This document shows, in pieces, positions 23,955 to 37,878 of a DNA stretch of 64,000 nucleotides; position 1 is the stretch's first letter, and each line of letters starts with the position of its first letter. The position numbers and the translations under genes were made by a program. Source of the DNA: Chiloscyllium plagiosum (lineage: Eukaryota). The notes below the pieces were generated by a model. The model was not told the DNA's origin, did not search any database, and saw only the letters and a list, made by a program, of their open reading frames with translations. The stretch covers positions 26,509,537 to 26,573,536 of the forward strand of contig NC_057719.1 in the NCBI RefSeq assembly GCF_004010195.1, given 5' to 3'.

Positions 23955-26900
23955 ATCGAATGGATAAGTTGGAGCGACAATTAGAGGCAATGAGGAATTT
24001 ACAAGAGCAAGGTGGTGTGTTGGATGGCAGTTATAGGAAGGGAGAAAAGCCACAGATACAGTCAGATTGATGGGTTAACTCCTGGAAAAGTAGGACAGGT
24101 AGGTGGGTAGTGCAGGAGTCTCCTGTGGCTATCCACATTTCAAACAATTGCGCTGTTTTAGTAAGTGTAGGAGGTGATGGATTTTCAGGGGAATGTTGCA
24201 CGAACAGCCAAGTTTCTGATATCAAGACATGCTCTACTGTAATGAGGGTTACATTGGGTTCCAAGCAATCAATTGGGGACTCTCTAGTCAGGGGCACAGA
24301 CAGATGTTTCTGCAGCCAGCAGCGAAAAGTCAGAATGGTGTGTTGCCTCCTGGATCAAGGATGTCTCAGAGGAGGTGCAGAATATTCTCAAGGAGGAGGG
24401 ACCAGCAGGAGGTCATTGTACACCTTAGAACCAACAACATAGGAAGGGAAAAGGTTGAAATTCTGAAGGGAGAATACAGAGAGTTAGGCAGGAATTTAAA
24501 AAGGAGGCCCTCAAGAGTAATATCTGGATAACTCCCGGTCTACGAGCTAGTGAGGGTAGGAATAGAAGGGTAGAGCAGATGAATGCATGGCTGAGGAGCT
24601 GGTGTACGGGAGAAGAATTCACATTTTTGGATAATTGGAATCTATTCTGGGGTAGAAGTGACCTGTACAAGAAGGATAGATTCCACCTGAATTGGAAGGG
24701 GACTGATATACTGGCAGGGCGGTTTGCTAGAGTTGCTCAGGAGGATTGAAACTAGTAAGGTGGGGTGTTGGGACCCAGGCAGATAGTGAGGAAAGAGATC
24801 AATCTGAGACTGGTACAGGTGAGAAAGGAAGTGAGTCAAACAGGCAGGCAGGGACAAAGCAGGGAGCAAGGTAGAATTGATAAATTAAACGGCATTTATT
24901 TCAATGCAAGAGGCCTAACTGGGAAGGCAGATGAACTCAGAGCATGGTTAGGAACATGGGATTGGGATATCATGGCAATTACAGGAATGTGGCTCAGGGA
25001 TGGACAGGATTGGCAGCTTAATGTTCCAGGATACAAACGCTACAGGAAGGATGGAAAGAGGGACAAGAGAAAAAGGGGAGTGGCATTTTTGATAAGGGAT
25101 AGCATTACAGCTGTACTGAGGGAGGATATTCCCGAAAATACATCCAGGAAAGTTGTTTGGGTGGAACTGAGAAATAAGAAAGGCATGATTACCTAATTGG
25201 GATTGTATTATAGCCCCCTAATAGTGAGCAGGAAGTTGAGAAATAAATTTGTAAGGAGATTTAAGCTATCTGTAAGAATAATAGGGTGGTTATGGTAAGG
25301 GATTTTAACTTTCCAAACATAGACTGGGACTGCCAAAGCGTTAGGGGTTTAGATGGAGAGGAATTTGTTAAGTGTGCAAGGAACTTTGCTAAGTCAGTAT
25401 GTGGATGTACCTACTAGAGAAGGTGCAAAGCTTGATCTACTCTTGGGAAATAAGGCAGCGCAGCTGACTGAGGTGTCAGTGGGCGTGCCCATTGGGCCAG
25501 CGACCATAATTCTATTTGTTTTAAAATAGTGATGGAAAAGGATAGACCAGATCTAAAAGTTGAAGATCGAAATTGGAAGAAGGCTAATTTTGACAGTACT
25601 GGCAAGAACATTCAAAAGCTGATTGGGGGCCAATGTCCTCAGGTAAAGGGATGGCTGGAAAATGGGAAGCCTTCAGAAATGAGATAATGAGAATCCAGAG
25701 ACAATATATTCCTGTTAGGGTGAAATGAAAGGCTGGTAAGTGTAGGGAATGCTGGATGACTAGATAAATAGAGGGTTTCAGTAAGAAAAAGAAAGAAATA
25801 TATGTCAGGTATAGACAGGAGAGATCGAGTGAATCCTTAGAAGAGTATAAAGGCAGTAGGGCTGTATTTAAGAGGGAAATCAGAAAGGCAAAAAAGGGAC
25901 ATTATTTTAGAAAATAGGGTTAAGGAGAATCCAAAGGGTTTTTACAAATACATTAAGGACAAAAGGGTAACTAGGGAGAGAATAGGGCCCCTCAAAGATC
26001 AGCAAGGCGGTCTTTGTGTGGAGCCACAGGAGATGGAAAAGATAGTAAACGAGTATTTTGCATCTGTGTTGACTGTGGAGAAGGACATGGAAGATATAGA
26101 ATGTGGGGAAATAGATGGTGACATTTTGAAAAATTTCCTTATTACAGAGGAGGAAGTGCTAGATGTCTTGAAATGCATAAAGATGGATAAATGCCCAGGA
26201 CCTGATCAGGTGTACCCTAGAACTCTGTGGGAAGCTAGGGAAGTGATCGCTGGGCCTCTTGATGAGATATTTGTATCATCGATAGTCACAGGTGAGGTGC
26301 TGAAAGACAGGAGCTTAGCTAACATGGTACCACTATTTAAGAAAGGTGTTAAGGAAAAGCCAGGGAACTATAGACTTGTGAGCCTGACCTCGGTGGTGAG
26401 CAAGTTGTTGGAGGGAATCCTGACGGACAGGATTTACATGTATTTGGAAATGCAAGGACTTATTAGGGATAGTCAACATGGCTTTGTGTGTTGGAAATCA
26501 TGTCTCACAAGCTTGACTGAGGTTTTTGAAGAAGTAACAAAAGGATTGATGAAGGTAGAGCGGTGGATGTGATCTATATGGACTTCAGTAAGGCTTTCGA
26601 TAAGGTTCCCCATGGGAGACTCGTTAGCAAGGTTAGATCTCATGGAATACAGGGAGAACAAGCCATTTGGACACAGAACTGGCTCCAAGGTAGAAGACAG
26701 AGGGTGGTGGTGGAGGGTTGTTTTTCAGACTGGAGCCTGTGACCAAGGGAGTGCCACAAAGATTAGTGCTGGGTCCACTAGATTAGATTAGATTACATTA
26801 CAGTATGGAAACAGGCCCTTCGGCCCAACAAGTCCACACCGACCCGCCGAAGCGAAACCCACCCATACCCCTGCATTTACCCCTTACCTAATACTATGGG

Positions 26901-27642
26901 CAATTTAGTATGGCCAATTCACCTGACCCTGCACATCTTTGGACTGTGGGAGGAAACCGGAGCACCCGGAGGAAACCCACGCAGACACGGGGAGAACGTG
27001 CAAACTCCACACAGTCAGTCGCCTGAGGCGGGAATTGAACCCGGTTCTCTGGCGCTGTGAGGCAGCAGTGCTAACCACCGTGCCGGCCACTACTTTTCGT
27101 CATTTATATAAATGATTTGGATGTGAACACAAGAGGTGTAGTAAGTTTGCAGATGACACCAAAATTGGAGGTGTAGTGGACAGCTAAGAAGGTTACCTCA
27201 GATTAAAGTGGGATCTTGACCAGATGGGCCAATGGACTGAGAGTGGCAGATGGAGTTTAATTTAGATAAATGTGAGGTGCTGCAGTTTGGGAAAGCAAAT
27301 CTTATCAGGACTTATACTCTTAATGGTAAGGTCCTAGGGAGTGTTGCTGAACAAAGAGACCTTGGAGTGCATGTTCATAGCTCCTTGAAAGTAGAGTTGC
27401 AGGTAGATAGGATAGTGAAGGTGTTTGGTATGCTTTCGTTTATTGGTCAGAGTATTGAGTACAGGAGTTGGGAGGTCATGTTGCAGGACATTGTTTAGGC
27501 CACTGTTGGAATATTGTGTGCAAGTCTGGTCTCCTTCCTATCAGAAGGATGTTGTGAAATTAGATTGGGATATCTGGTCGGCATGGATGCGTTGAACCGA
27601 TGGATCTGTTTCTGTGCTGCACATCTCTATTACTCTATGACT
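23955..27642 (+). mobile_element. Near full-length HER1/CR1 LINE (ORF1 SGNH esterase, ORF2 APE-RT), frameshifted
   Basis: IGDSLVRGTDR (GDSL esterase), YFNARGL..ELRAWL..WDIMAIT (APE), PGPDQVYPR and PGNYRLVSLTSVV (RT), and a ctctatgact tail. There is an internal deletion near 27560. Confidence 0.9.
26781..27086 (-). mobile_element. Young HE1-like SINE inserted in the CR1 RT
   Basis: CpG-rich copy with a (gatta)n tail. TSD ccacta at 26775-26780 and 27087-27092. Confidence 0.9.
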
Positions 27643-29835
27643 CCAAATGGGCCATTTTCAGTTTGGCAGACTGTGAGTCATGGGCTACTGTCAGGATCAG
27701 TGATGGGTCCCAGATATTCACAATCTATATCAGTGATTTGGATGTTGGGATTAAATGCAGATGACACAAATCTTCACAGATCTCATCCTCTCATTAAGAA
27801 ACCATTTTAGTTTGTTTTTCTTACATCCAAACTGAATGACCTTATACTTGTGAATGAGTATTGCTCATCCTCCTTCCAATCTCCTTCTCAACCCTCCAGG
27901 ACAGACAATGTGTTGTCCCAGTTCACTGCCAACCGGCTTTCCTTTTACTCATATGCGCTGCCTCTTGGAACACAAATATTAAATCCAGCAAGGTGCTCAT
28001 GTCCTGATGGTATAAGAATGTCAATAGTGATCTTCTTGCCTCATTGGTTGTTGTTTCTTGAATTGTACCCAGATTCAGGCAAATCAATTTCTACACCCAT
28101 CTTTACTGCATGGTTTGTATTCTGGTCGGGTGTCTTGTTTTGGAGTGTGCTGCATTTAAGTATAAGTCCCTAAACAGGAAATTCAAACTTGCTTGTTAAT
28201 CTTGTTTCACAGCTCATATTGCTTACAAAACCAGTTATCATCAGTGTGGTGATAATTAGAACAGGTTTATCTGTGAAAGGGCAAGAACCACATAATGGAC
28301 TGTTTCCACTCCACCCCACCACATTCTGAACATACCACTCATTAAATACATTTCAGAAGTGAATAAAAAGATAAAACAGATAAAACTTGAGAAACTTGAT
28401 TTCAAGCAACCTTTCTCACTCCAACTCCAACAGACTTTATTTTGCAATATAATTTTGAATAATGTATTGTAATCTTACAGATAATGCAAATTATGTACTT
28501 AAAAGGTATAAAGTGATTTAATGCTTTACAAATTGAACTCACTTTTTGAGAAACATAATGCTATTTTGCCCTTAAGGAACTGATGTCTCCTGGTCTTGAT
28601 TAATGCTACAACTCTACTCATTTGCAGTGATGGACACACCTAAATTGGGTATGCATGGTATGTGCTCGAAAGCCATATTTCCAACTGAGCAAGGTAGAAT
28701 GTGGATGACGAGTTGTGTAAGAATCATGCTTCATGCCAAAGTTAATTAGAGGTTAAATTATTGTCTTGTGAGTTGTGTTGGTGCCCTTTTCAGCTTTAGT
28801 TCCCTTCATTGTATAAGAATACACTGTTTAATCTTAGACAACACAAACAATAGTAGAAAGCATATGCTGGCACAAGACCCAATCAGCAGATATTGTCCAA
28901 GCAGATGCTTAATTAGTAGGTTCTACAACTGCTTGCTTTAATATACTCAATGCCCAGAAATCCCCTTTGTACTCCTAGACCTCCAAATTCCTTTCAGCCT
29001 TTCTGGAATTTTTGTTTCGTAATATAACTTTCCTCTTCCTCTAAAGTTTCCCCTTGTATCATCTTCCTTTCTCAATTCAGAAGAAACGTCAAAGATTGTT
29101 CACACATTTCTGAATGTACTTTAGATCTGGCCACAAAAATGTGAGCCCTGGGTCACTCACCTGTTAATTTTCTCTGCTTGTTTGCACAGTAAGAGCAAGG
29201 ATAAATGAGAAACATGACATTGCTTAAAGCCTTGACTAATTACAGAACAGTTAGAGTTTGAAGACAAAAAGACTTTTTGTGGCTTAAAAAAAGAGTAAAT
29301 GTGAACCTATTTATTTTTTAAAAAACTTAGGTTTCATTCCATTAATATCTCAGTACAACCTGTATTACATGAAGTGACACTAAGGCCAGCTGATCAAGCT
29401 AATTCCAGATCCAATCCCAATTATTATTTAGATTGCTAGTCTCAGCCAGTGGTAGCTACTTTTAGGTTCATTTGTTCTTATTTAGGATGAAAATCTCCCA
29501 AGTTTCAAAGCTTTTTTGTGATCAAGATTCCAGTGTATGATTTGCAGTACTTCTTATTATTAATTCATGGGATGTGAGCATCACCAGTTGGGCCCCATCC
29601 TTGTGAAAGGCATATAATGTTCCACTGTGCGGGATACAAATCCTGGATCACTGTAGATTGATCACAGTCATCTGTGAAGCAGAAGTAATTGCAAGTGACC
29701 TTAAAAGGTCATTTCACAATGACAATCCAATGTCTGATTGGCTGCTCAAAGACTTAGAAACTGATGTTCTCTCACTTTGAACTTACATATTTGCCAACAT
29801 GCCCGTGTATGTTACGTTGCCTTTCTTGGTAATAT

Positions 29836-29901
29836 CTTCGAGGAGAAAGTGAGGACTGCAGATGCTGGAGATTAGAGCTGAAAATGTGTTGCTGGAAAAG
29901 C
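29836..29901. mobile_element. 66-bp family A terminal fragment with a 17-bp TSD
   Basis: TSD gcctttcttggtaatat (29819-29835) / gcctttcttagtaatat (29902-29918). Confidence 0.8.
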
Positions 29902-30640
29902 GCCTTTCTTAGTAATATATCAGTAATCACTTCCAAAGCAACACATGCAAGCTCCTACTTTATTTGTACAACACGGCTTGTGCTGCATTCATTGGAATAA
30001 AGTGCCCATGTCAGAGGTCCATACAGAGGTTGGAGTTCTTGATGTTCAACTGTAAAGAGGACTATGCTAATCTGTTATTTGTGTGTGATGCGAATACTGA
30101 CAGCCCACATTGCTAAGGACCTTTACTCTTTCCGATACCCCCCACACAGCTTCATTGGAAGCATGACAAATGGAACTATTCACAGCAGGGCTGATCATTA
30201 CTGTGGCTATGGTGTGATAAAGGTCCAGAGGAATTGAGGAGGAAATGATGCTCCAGTAAGCCTAGGACCAGGAGCTGGTGAATAGCCTGCACATGAAGGG
30301 GTCACAGCTGAAATACCCCTCTGGATTTGCAGGAGGCCCAGAGGCCATAGCCCTTGATGTCATTTTCTCCACCAAAGCGAGGGGCATCATCACTACAAAC
30401 TGACAATGCATTGGGAGACTGTCACAGAACTGTGCCAATGGCTGGAGTGGGACCTGTGACATGAAGGTATGGGTGGCCACTCCTGGTGGCTGTCAAGGTG
30501 ACAGCTGCATTGAACCTTTATGTACCTGGCTGTTCCAAGATTACACTGGGGACCTGTGTGGGACTTCTCAATCCTCAACCCACAAATGCATCAAGACTGT
30601 TACCAATGTATTTTGTACCAGTTCACACCTTTTCATCTCA

Positions 30641-31602
30641 ATATAAATGATTTGGATTGAGCATTAGAGGTATAGATAGTAAGTTTGCAGATGACACCAA
30701 ACTTGAAGGTGTAGTGGACTGCGGACAAGGTTATCTCAAATTACAATGGGATCTTGACCAGATGGGCCAATGGGCTGAGAAGTGGCAGATGGAGTTTAAT
30801 TTAGATAAATGTGAGCTGCTGCATTTTGGGAAAGCAACTCTTAGCAGAACTTATCCACTTAATGGTAAGGTCCTGGGTGTGTTGCTGAACAAAGAGAACT
30901 TGGAGTGCAGGTTCATAGCTCCTTGAAAGTGGAGTCGCAGGTAGATAGTATAGTGAAGAAGGCATTTGGTATGCTTTGCTTTATTGGTCGGAGTATTGAG
31001 TACAGGAGTTGGGAGGTCATGTTGTGGCTGTACAGGACATTGGTTAGGCCACTGTTGGAATATTGCGTGCAATTCTGTTCTCCTTCCTATTGGAAATATG
31101 TTGTGAAACTTGAAAGGGTTCAGAAAAGATTTGCAAGGATGTTGCTATGGTTGGAGGATTTGAGCTACAGGGAGAGGTTGAATAGGCTATGGCTGTTTTC
31201 CCTGGAGCATCGGAGGCTGAGGAGTGACCTTATGGAGGTTTACAAAATCATGAGGAGTATGAATAGGATAAATTGACAAAGTCTTTTCCCTGGGGTCGGG
31301 GAGTCCAGAACTAGAGGGCATAGGTTTAGGGTGAGAGGGAAGAGATTTAAAAGAGACGTAAGGAGCAACTTTTTCACACAGAGGGTGGTGCATGTATGGA
31401 ATGAGCTGCCAGAGGAAGTGGTGGAGGCTGGTACAATTGCAACATTTAAAAGGCATCTGGATGGATATATGAATAAGAGGGGGTTGGAGAGATAGGGGCC
31501 AGGTGCTGGCAGGTGGGACTAGATCGGGTTGGGATATCTGGTCATGGACTGTTTGGACCAAAGGGTATGTTTTCATGCTGTACATCTCTATGACTCTATG
31601 AC
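30641..31602 (+). mobile_element. 5'-truncated HER1/CR1 LINE
   Basis: SKFADDTKL RT motif, LYRTLVRPLLEYCVQF, and a ctctatgact tail. Confidence 0.9.
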
Positions 31603-31972
31603 AAGGTCAATGCTGCCATTTGAGCAGTAGGTTTTGCCAACATAGTTGGCCTCTTCCAAGTACAGGGCACAATAGACAGTGCACATGTGGAATTGACAGC
31701 CCCATATCATAACATGAAATAAAAAAAGATTCCATTTCATCAATGTACAAGTGATCTGTAATCATTGGTACTACATATTAGAAGTGTGCATCAGATATCC
31801 TGGGAGTTGCCGTGATGTCTATATCTTTGAGATCTCCCATGTTGCTGATTCATTTCAACAGCTGGATACCTTACAAGAATAGCTATTGGGAGAAAATGGT
31901 TACCCTCTGCAACCATGGCTGATGACTCCAAAATATAACCCTCAACTCAGATCGAGTATAAGTATCATGCAG

Positions 31973-32137
31973 TGTCGAGAGTGTGTTGCCGGAAAAGCAC
32001 AGCAGGTCAGGCAGCATCCGAGGAGCAGGAGAATTAATGTCAATTCTCCTGCTCCTTGGATGTTACCTGACCTGCCGTGTTTTTCCAGCAACACACTCTC
32101 TACTCTGATCTCCAGCATCCGCAATCCTCACTTTCCT
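31973..32137. mobile_element. Family A fold-back element with the hammerhead centre deleted, 16-bp TSD
   Basis: Inverted arms meet at gagaattaatgtcaattctc. TSD tataagtatcatgcag (31957-31972) / tataaatataatgcag (32138-32153). Confidence 0.8.
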
Positions 32138-33299
32138 TATAAATATAATGCAGCCTATTCTTCAGCCAGGGCCATAGTGGAGCAAACAGTAGACCTGCTG
32201 AAGATTAGGTTCTGAGGCTTGAATGAATCATGGTGGGGGTGGTGGTGGTGAGGAATGGGGTTGGGAATGGGGGGTAGATCCTTGTGGTTAATCCTATACC
32301 GAACATGATGCATGAATTTGAGCATGTCTATGCTCTGCACAATGCAAAGAGGGAATGTGATGTGCACTGAAGAGCTGGGAGAGTGGCAGTGGTCTTCCAA
32401 GGAGGAAGGTGAGGACACTGAATAGGACAAACAGCATCTTCAGTATGATCAAGCGCTGCAGCATTGGGCACAATAAACCAGACAGAACTTAATTGACAAA
32501 CACTTCCAATAGATGTGAACTAGTTGCAGTCCCTGTCTGTTTATTTGTTCGTTTTTGTGTTGCTGAATGAAATGAATGTTTTCAACTGAATTAAGACTTT
32601 TTAGTATATGACGGTCCCACACTGAAGAATGAGAAGATGTTACAGCTACACTGGGCATTGGAGAAACTGTAGCACATCCTTACAGAGAATGGAATGAGGA
32701 TAAGGACAGGTAACCTGTGAACATTGGTTCTTATGTAGTGGTCCAGTTATATATGTGAACTTGTATTTGTAAAAAGGTGTCAGCTATCGCACCTATGTAT
32801 TCTCAGAAGCATTTCTTCTCTGCTTCCCTCTCACTATGTGCACTGTGAAGGACTGGCAGCAATTGATCTGGGCATGACTGAGCTTTAAAAATAGCACTGA
32901 GACCAGGAGTCCTGGCAGTAATGATATTTCTATCACTGCTGAGTGAAGATAGTAGGACTGAGGCAACATAGAGGCCTGGTGTACAGTAAATGAGGCAAGC
33001 TGATTTGATTCAATTGTTTACTGTCACATGCGCCTAAGTACAGTGAAATGTTTTGTTTATGAGAAGTGCAGGCAGATCATAGTAAGCCAGGACACACAGA
33101 TCATAGGGTGAAACAAACTTACAGGGATCCAGGTTACAGAGAAATGGAGAATAGCATGCAAGGATATGCAAGAGCCCATGGAGAGAAGTCCTTCATGAAA
33201 CCCCTCAAAATTGACACTTAGTCAATTTCTGGTAAAACTTTGACCCAACGTAGTTGGAGATTATTGAATAAATCTTGCAGTTTCCAACTTGCAATCAAA

Positions 33300-33660
33300 G
33301 ACCTTTTTTTCTTTATTCTTTCATGGGATGTGGACATCTCTGAGAAAGCAAGCTTTGGTTGCTCATCCCTCCTTCAACTAAGTGGCTGTTCAAACTGTGA
33401 AGCTTCAACCAAAATATCATGGGTCAGGGGTCACATGTAGACCAGGTTATACAAAGACTTCACATTTCTTTCCCTAAGGGTCACAAGTAAACTAGATTAA
33501 TCTTTACAACAATCTATGGTTGTTTCATAGCTTCATTACTGAGACTAGCTTTACATTTCAGAGAATTAATTAACTGAAATTGTATCAGTCGCTATGGTTG
33601 TATTTAAACACATGTCTCCAGGGGATTAGAATGGTCTTTTGGATCATTGTCCAGTAGTGC
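33300..33660 (-). mobile_element. SINE family B
   Basis: Reverse-complement similarity to 21925-22285. Confidence 0.55.
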
Positions 33661-34149
33661 ATACATCTTCTGCCTCCCCATGAAAATTAAGCTGCTATTT
33701 TGTTTTCTTCTTCTTTCAGTATAAGCTGGAATTGTTTCTGGAATTCTGCAGCTGCAGTTCAGGACCCTGCCAAGTAATGTGAGCCTGTCGTCTAAGGGAG
33801 CTGTGGGGGAGACTGGAGACATATTGCATTGTGGTGGGCAACAGTGTTGAATGCCTGGCATATTTTGGGATCATTTAACCTTTTAACACTTAATATCAAG
33901 CTTCAGTCCTTACTTTGGGTTGGGGGTGGGAATCGCAGAGCCGTGAAAGCTAATGGGCAAGGTGCTGTCCAGGTTAGGAATGTTAACCCACTCTTGTTAC
34001 ACGTGTCCTTAGAATTATTTGCATGCAGTGCATTTTTGTTTAGCACACTGCTTTTCAGGAACACATTAGGCAGTTAGACGGGAACTAGCTAACACTAATC
34101 TTTCCTTACTTATCTGAGTTTTGTCTGTTTCAAATAAGGAATATAAAAG

Positions 34150-34350
34150 AAAGGCTTATAATTCTGGAGCACCTTTCATGACACAAGGTTATCACAACAC
34201 ACCATACATTCTATGAACTATGTTTCAGGTATTTAGGTCAGGACACTGAGGAAATTTCCATTACCCTTTTTATAAATATCACTTTGGGATTGTCCATCTA
34301 AAAGGGAAGATGGCACTTTGCATCTGGAGGGTCATTCCTATTGCTGCATT
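34150..34350 (-). mobile_element. Highly decayed DeuSINE-like fragment
   Basis: Minus strand reads agatggacaatcccaaagtgatattt...tttcctcagtgtcctgacc, resembling the Deu domain as I recall it. Confidence 0.35.
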
Positions 34351-34376
34351 AATAAACATGACTGTCACCTAACTTT

Positions 34377-34483
34377 AGGGTCTAGATTAGAGTGGTGCTG
34401 GAAAAGCACAGCAGGTCAAGCAGCAGCCCCAGGCCTCACTTTCACCTAGTTGATTTTAACCTTATTGCGAATCCTCTTGCAAG
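34377..34483. mobile_element. Short rearranged family A PLE fragment
   Basis: gtggtgctggaaaagcacagcagg core. Degenerate TSD gtcacctaacttt / gtcatctaaattt. Confidence 0.6.
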
Positions 34484-36414
34484 GTCATCTAAATTTGTTA
34501 TGTTTCTGGGAGTAAACAATATTCAGAATTGCTCCAATTAAGATTCCAAGATTGTGCTGGTTTGAAAGAAGGTACTGGGCTGATAAGAAGATCAAACTAC
34601 TGGCACACTGATCACTCAAGCGTGGAGTGGTCTATTTGGGCTTGGCAGCATCAAGTGTAACTCGGACATGGTGTGCGCATCAGTGATTTCCCTGCACCTC
34701 TTCCTCCTCTCCTTAGAGATGTGTTGAGGTTAGCAGAGGCCTTTGGGTCAGATCACCTCTACATAAGGGCATGCTGGGCTCAAAAAAGCTGGCAGTCCCC
34801 TTGGCAAAAATAGCAGTGTCATCTGACGGACTGTGAGTACTCCTGAGCGAGAAAGCTCCCAAACTGTTTCTTTGCCTTTTCTCAATGCTCCTCAATGAAA
34901 CATGATCGCCTGGTAAGAGGATGGTCTGGAAGACGCCTCACTAATTTAGATCTACCCATCAAATGCACTGGTGCTGGGCATGGAGGAGCAGTGGGAAATG
35001 ATGACCAAAGGTTCTTTTTTCTTGCTTTGTCCCTTTGTTTTCTTTTGGCTGCAATGTTGGTGCTACACTGTAAAAACATGTTACTTTGGTTATTTTCTTG
35101 GGTATGCATTAGAAATTGTGCCCGCAATACATTTCTGTTAAAAATGGTTTAATCATATTGAGAGATGGAATAAGATAGAACTGCTGAACATACATCATGG
35201 TAAAAGTTAATGCTGGTAGGTAAGGCTGAATAAATTTATCTGAAAGAGGTTTCCAGTGATTAACATGTACATGTCCCTCAAAAATGTCATGACTCACCCA
35301 GAGTTATAATTACATGAGTGCCACTGGCCTTAGAGAAATGCTATTCTTTATGTGTAAGCCCATGCAGTGAATATTGTTAAACTAATTGACAAACCAATCA
35401 TCTGGAAGCCTGGGTCTTTTTGACCTGATTACATAAATTTCCAGCAGGATTCTCCAGATAGTGATCAGAAACTATATAAACATAAAGGAGCCTGGACAGC
35501 TCATTGTGTTCAAACCAGCTTCATCAAGAAAAAAAATCAAACTAACCTCTCTGCCCAATTCTTTACTAATGGAGCTCTATCCTCAAATAATCAATATTTT
35601 TCTTTCTCAACTAAGGATTTTAGTCCAACTTTAGTACCTCTATTGCCACCAACAAAGGATGAGAAAGAAAATGTTGCCATTTTTGTTTAACACAATGCAC
35701 ATACCAAGCTACAAATTTATGATAATACATAAAGGTTTTAAAGGCAAGAAAGAACTTGCAGTTACCTTACACCCCGTGAGGTCACAAAGTACTTGACAAA
35801 CAATCAAAGACTGCTACTTGGCAAACCTGCTGGCAATACATGTGCCTCTGTAGAGAAAGATCTTCCTTCTAATGTAACAGTCTGAAATACTAGCCAAGTA
35901 GTGTTACAGACAGACAATAAGACTAAATTGTCTACTGGAAAGCTAATATATACCTTCAGATTGAGAGTAACTTTTTGATATTATATTGCACAATCTATGA
36001 TATTATATTTCACAAACAGGAAACATACCATTTGCATGGTTCAGGTATTCCTGCATTACTTTAATCACCCAAGCAATGACTCAATGAGTTTATCCAGATA
36101 AAAGAACTAGACTTTATTGAGTTGGTAATCTCAGCTAAGACTGCCAATTGCCTCAGCAGCTCACTGGTTTGAAAGGAGCTAATTAGCTAGATGATCTTAC
36201 AGATCACTGTACCATAGGACCAATTTATTGTAATGCACAGGCAATGGATAAGAAGATATTTGTATATAGTCACACCATCCACTGTAATTAGGGTTAACAG
36301 ATTTTCAAAAGGTAAAGCTGGAACACATTTATCAGTTCAATGTCCAGGGCGTATGAGAGATTGTGCCCTTAGTCTATTACTTAGTTATTTCTCCCAGACC
36401 CCGCTTTAAGCCCT

Positions 36415-36740
36415 TTTAGAGTCATAGAGTCATACAGCACAGAAACAGACCCTTGGTCTAACTCATCTGCACTGACCAGACATCCCAATCTGGCCTAATC
36501 CCATTTGCCAGAATTTGGTCTATATCCCTCACTATTCATATCCACCTGCTGCACATCCTAAACATAGAAACATGGAAAATGGGAGGATTAGAAGGTCATT
36601 CAGCCTTTTGAGCCTGCTCCACCATTCAGTATAATCATGGATGATCATCCAACTCAATACTATTTTATCTCTATACCCTTTGATTCCTTTAGTCCGAAGA
36701 ACCATGTCTAACTGCTTGAAAGCAATCAATATTTTGGCCT
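36415..36740 (-). mobile_element. CR1 3' fragments (two families)
   Basis: gagtcatagagtcata and catagaaacat tails on the minus strand. Confidence 0.7.
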
Positions 36741-36744
36741 CACC

Positions 36745-37878
36745 TCTCCCTAGAACATCTTGACACCAAGAACAGCTACGTAAGAATCCTACTTATTGCC
36801 TACAGTTCACCCTTCAACACTATTATCCCCTCGAGACTGATTACTAAACTTAGTGATCTTGGTCTAAGCCCACTCTCTGCACCTGGATCCTCAGTTTCTG
36901 ACCCACAGGCCACAATGTGAAGAATGGCGACAATATTTCATCCTCACTAACACTCAACACTGGAGCCATCCAGGGGTGTGTACTCAGCCCCCTATTGTAA
37001 GTACTGTATACCCATGATAGTGTCACCAAACACCAGACAAGTTCACTGATGGCACCACCATAGTCAGTCGAATCTCAGATGGCGACGAAACAGACTAAAG
37101 GTGGAAGACCTGGAAAAATGGTGCACTGAGAACAACCTAGCTCTCAATGCCAGCAAAACCAAGGAATTCATTATTGACTTTCGGCAGGATGTTACTCATG
37201 CCCCCCTACACATTAATAGCACAGAGGTGGAATGAGTGCAGAGTGTGAAGCTCTTGGGAGTGGTCATCCACTCTTTCTTGGACTCTTCATGTGGATGCAC
37301 TGGTTACAAAGACCCAACAACGTCTCTTCTTCCTCAGGCAGCTGAGGAAATTTGGCCTGATGGCGAATACCCTTGCCAACTTTTGTAGGTGTGCCATCGA
37401 AAGCATTCTGTCTGGATTTATCACTACCTGGTATGGCAACTGTATCATTCAAGATGGGAGATGGTTACAGAGAGTGGTGAACTCGGCGCGGACAATCACA
37501 AAGGCCAAACTCCCATCTATAGAATCCATCTACCAGGCCCGCTGTCAAGGAAAGGCTGCCAGCATTCTTAAAGATCCATCCCACCCTGACAATGTTTTTC
37601 TACAACCTCTACCATCGAGTAGAAGGTACAGAAGCCTGAACACACGCACCAGCTGGTTTTGAAACAGTTCCTACCCTACTGTTGTTAGAATACTGAATGG
37701 ACTCACAAACACTTAACATTCATCTGTACCTGTACCTGTGTTTTTGTTTTTGCCACTGTTTACCTATTATTTACTTATCTATGCTATTTAACTCTGTCAT
37801 CTGCCTATATTGCTTGCAAGACAAAGCTTTTCACTGTGCTTTGGTACACGTGACAATAAATTCAATTCAATTCATTCT
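36745..37878 (+). mobile_element. Rex1/Babar-clade LINE, 5'-truncated RT and 3' UTR
   Basis: [67 protein letters not shown], and an aataaattcaattcaattc tail. Confidence 0.85.

Larger units (their letters stand above)
30200..32520 (+). pseudogene. Decayed PIF/Harbinger (HARBI1-like) DDE transposase, interrupted by a CR1 and a fold-back PLE
   Basis: VAVKVTAALN..FQDYTGDLCGTSQSSTHKCIKTVT | QVQGTIDSAHV..INVQVIC..YPGSCRD..LLGENGYPLQPWLMTP | YNAAYSSARAIVEQTVDLLKIRF, with stops and frameshifts. Confidence 0.85.

Noticed and set aside
34690..35150. Minus-strand ORFs of 60-81 aa as a possible Harbinger Myb gene or antisense exon
   Set aside because: No recognisable motif, and the frames are interrupted by stops.
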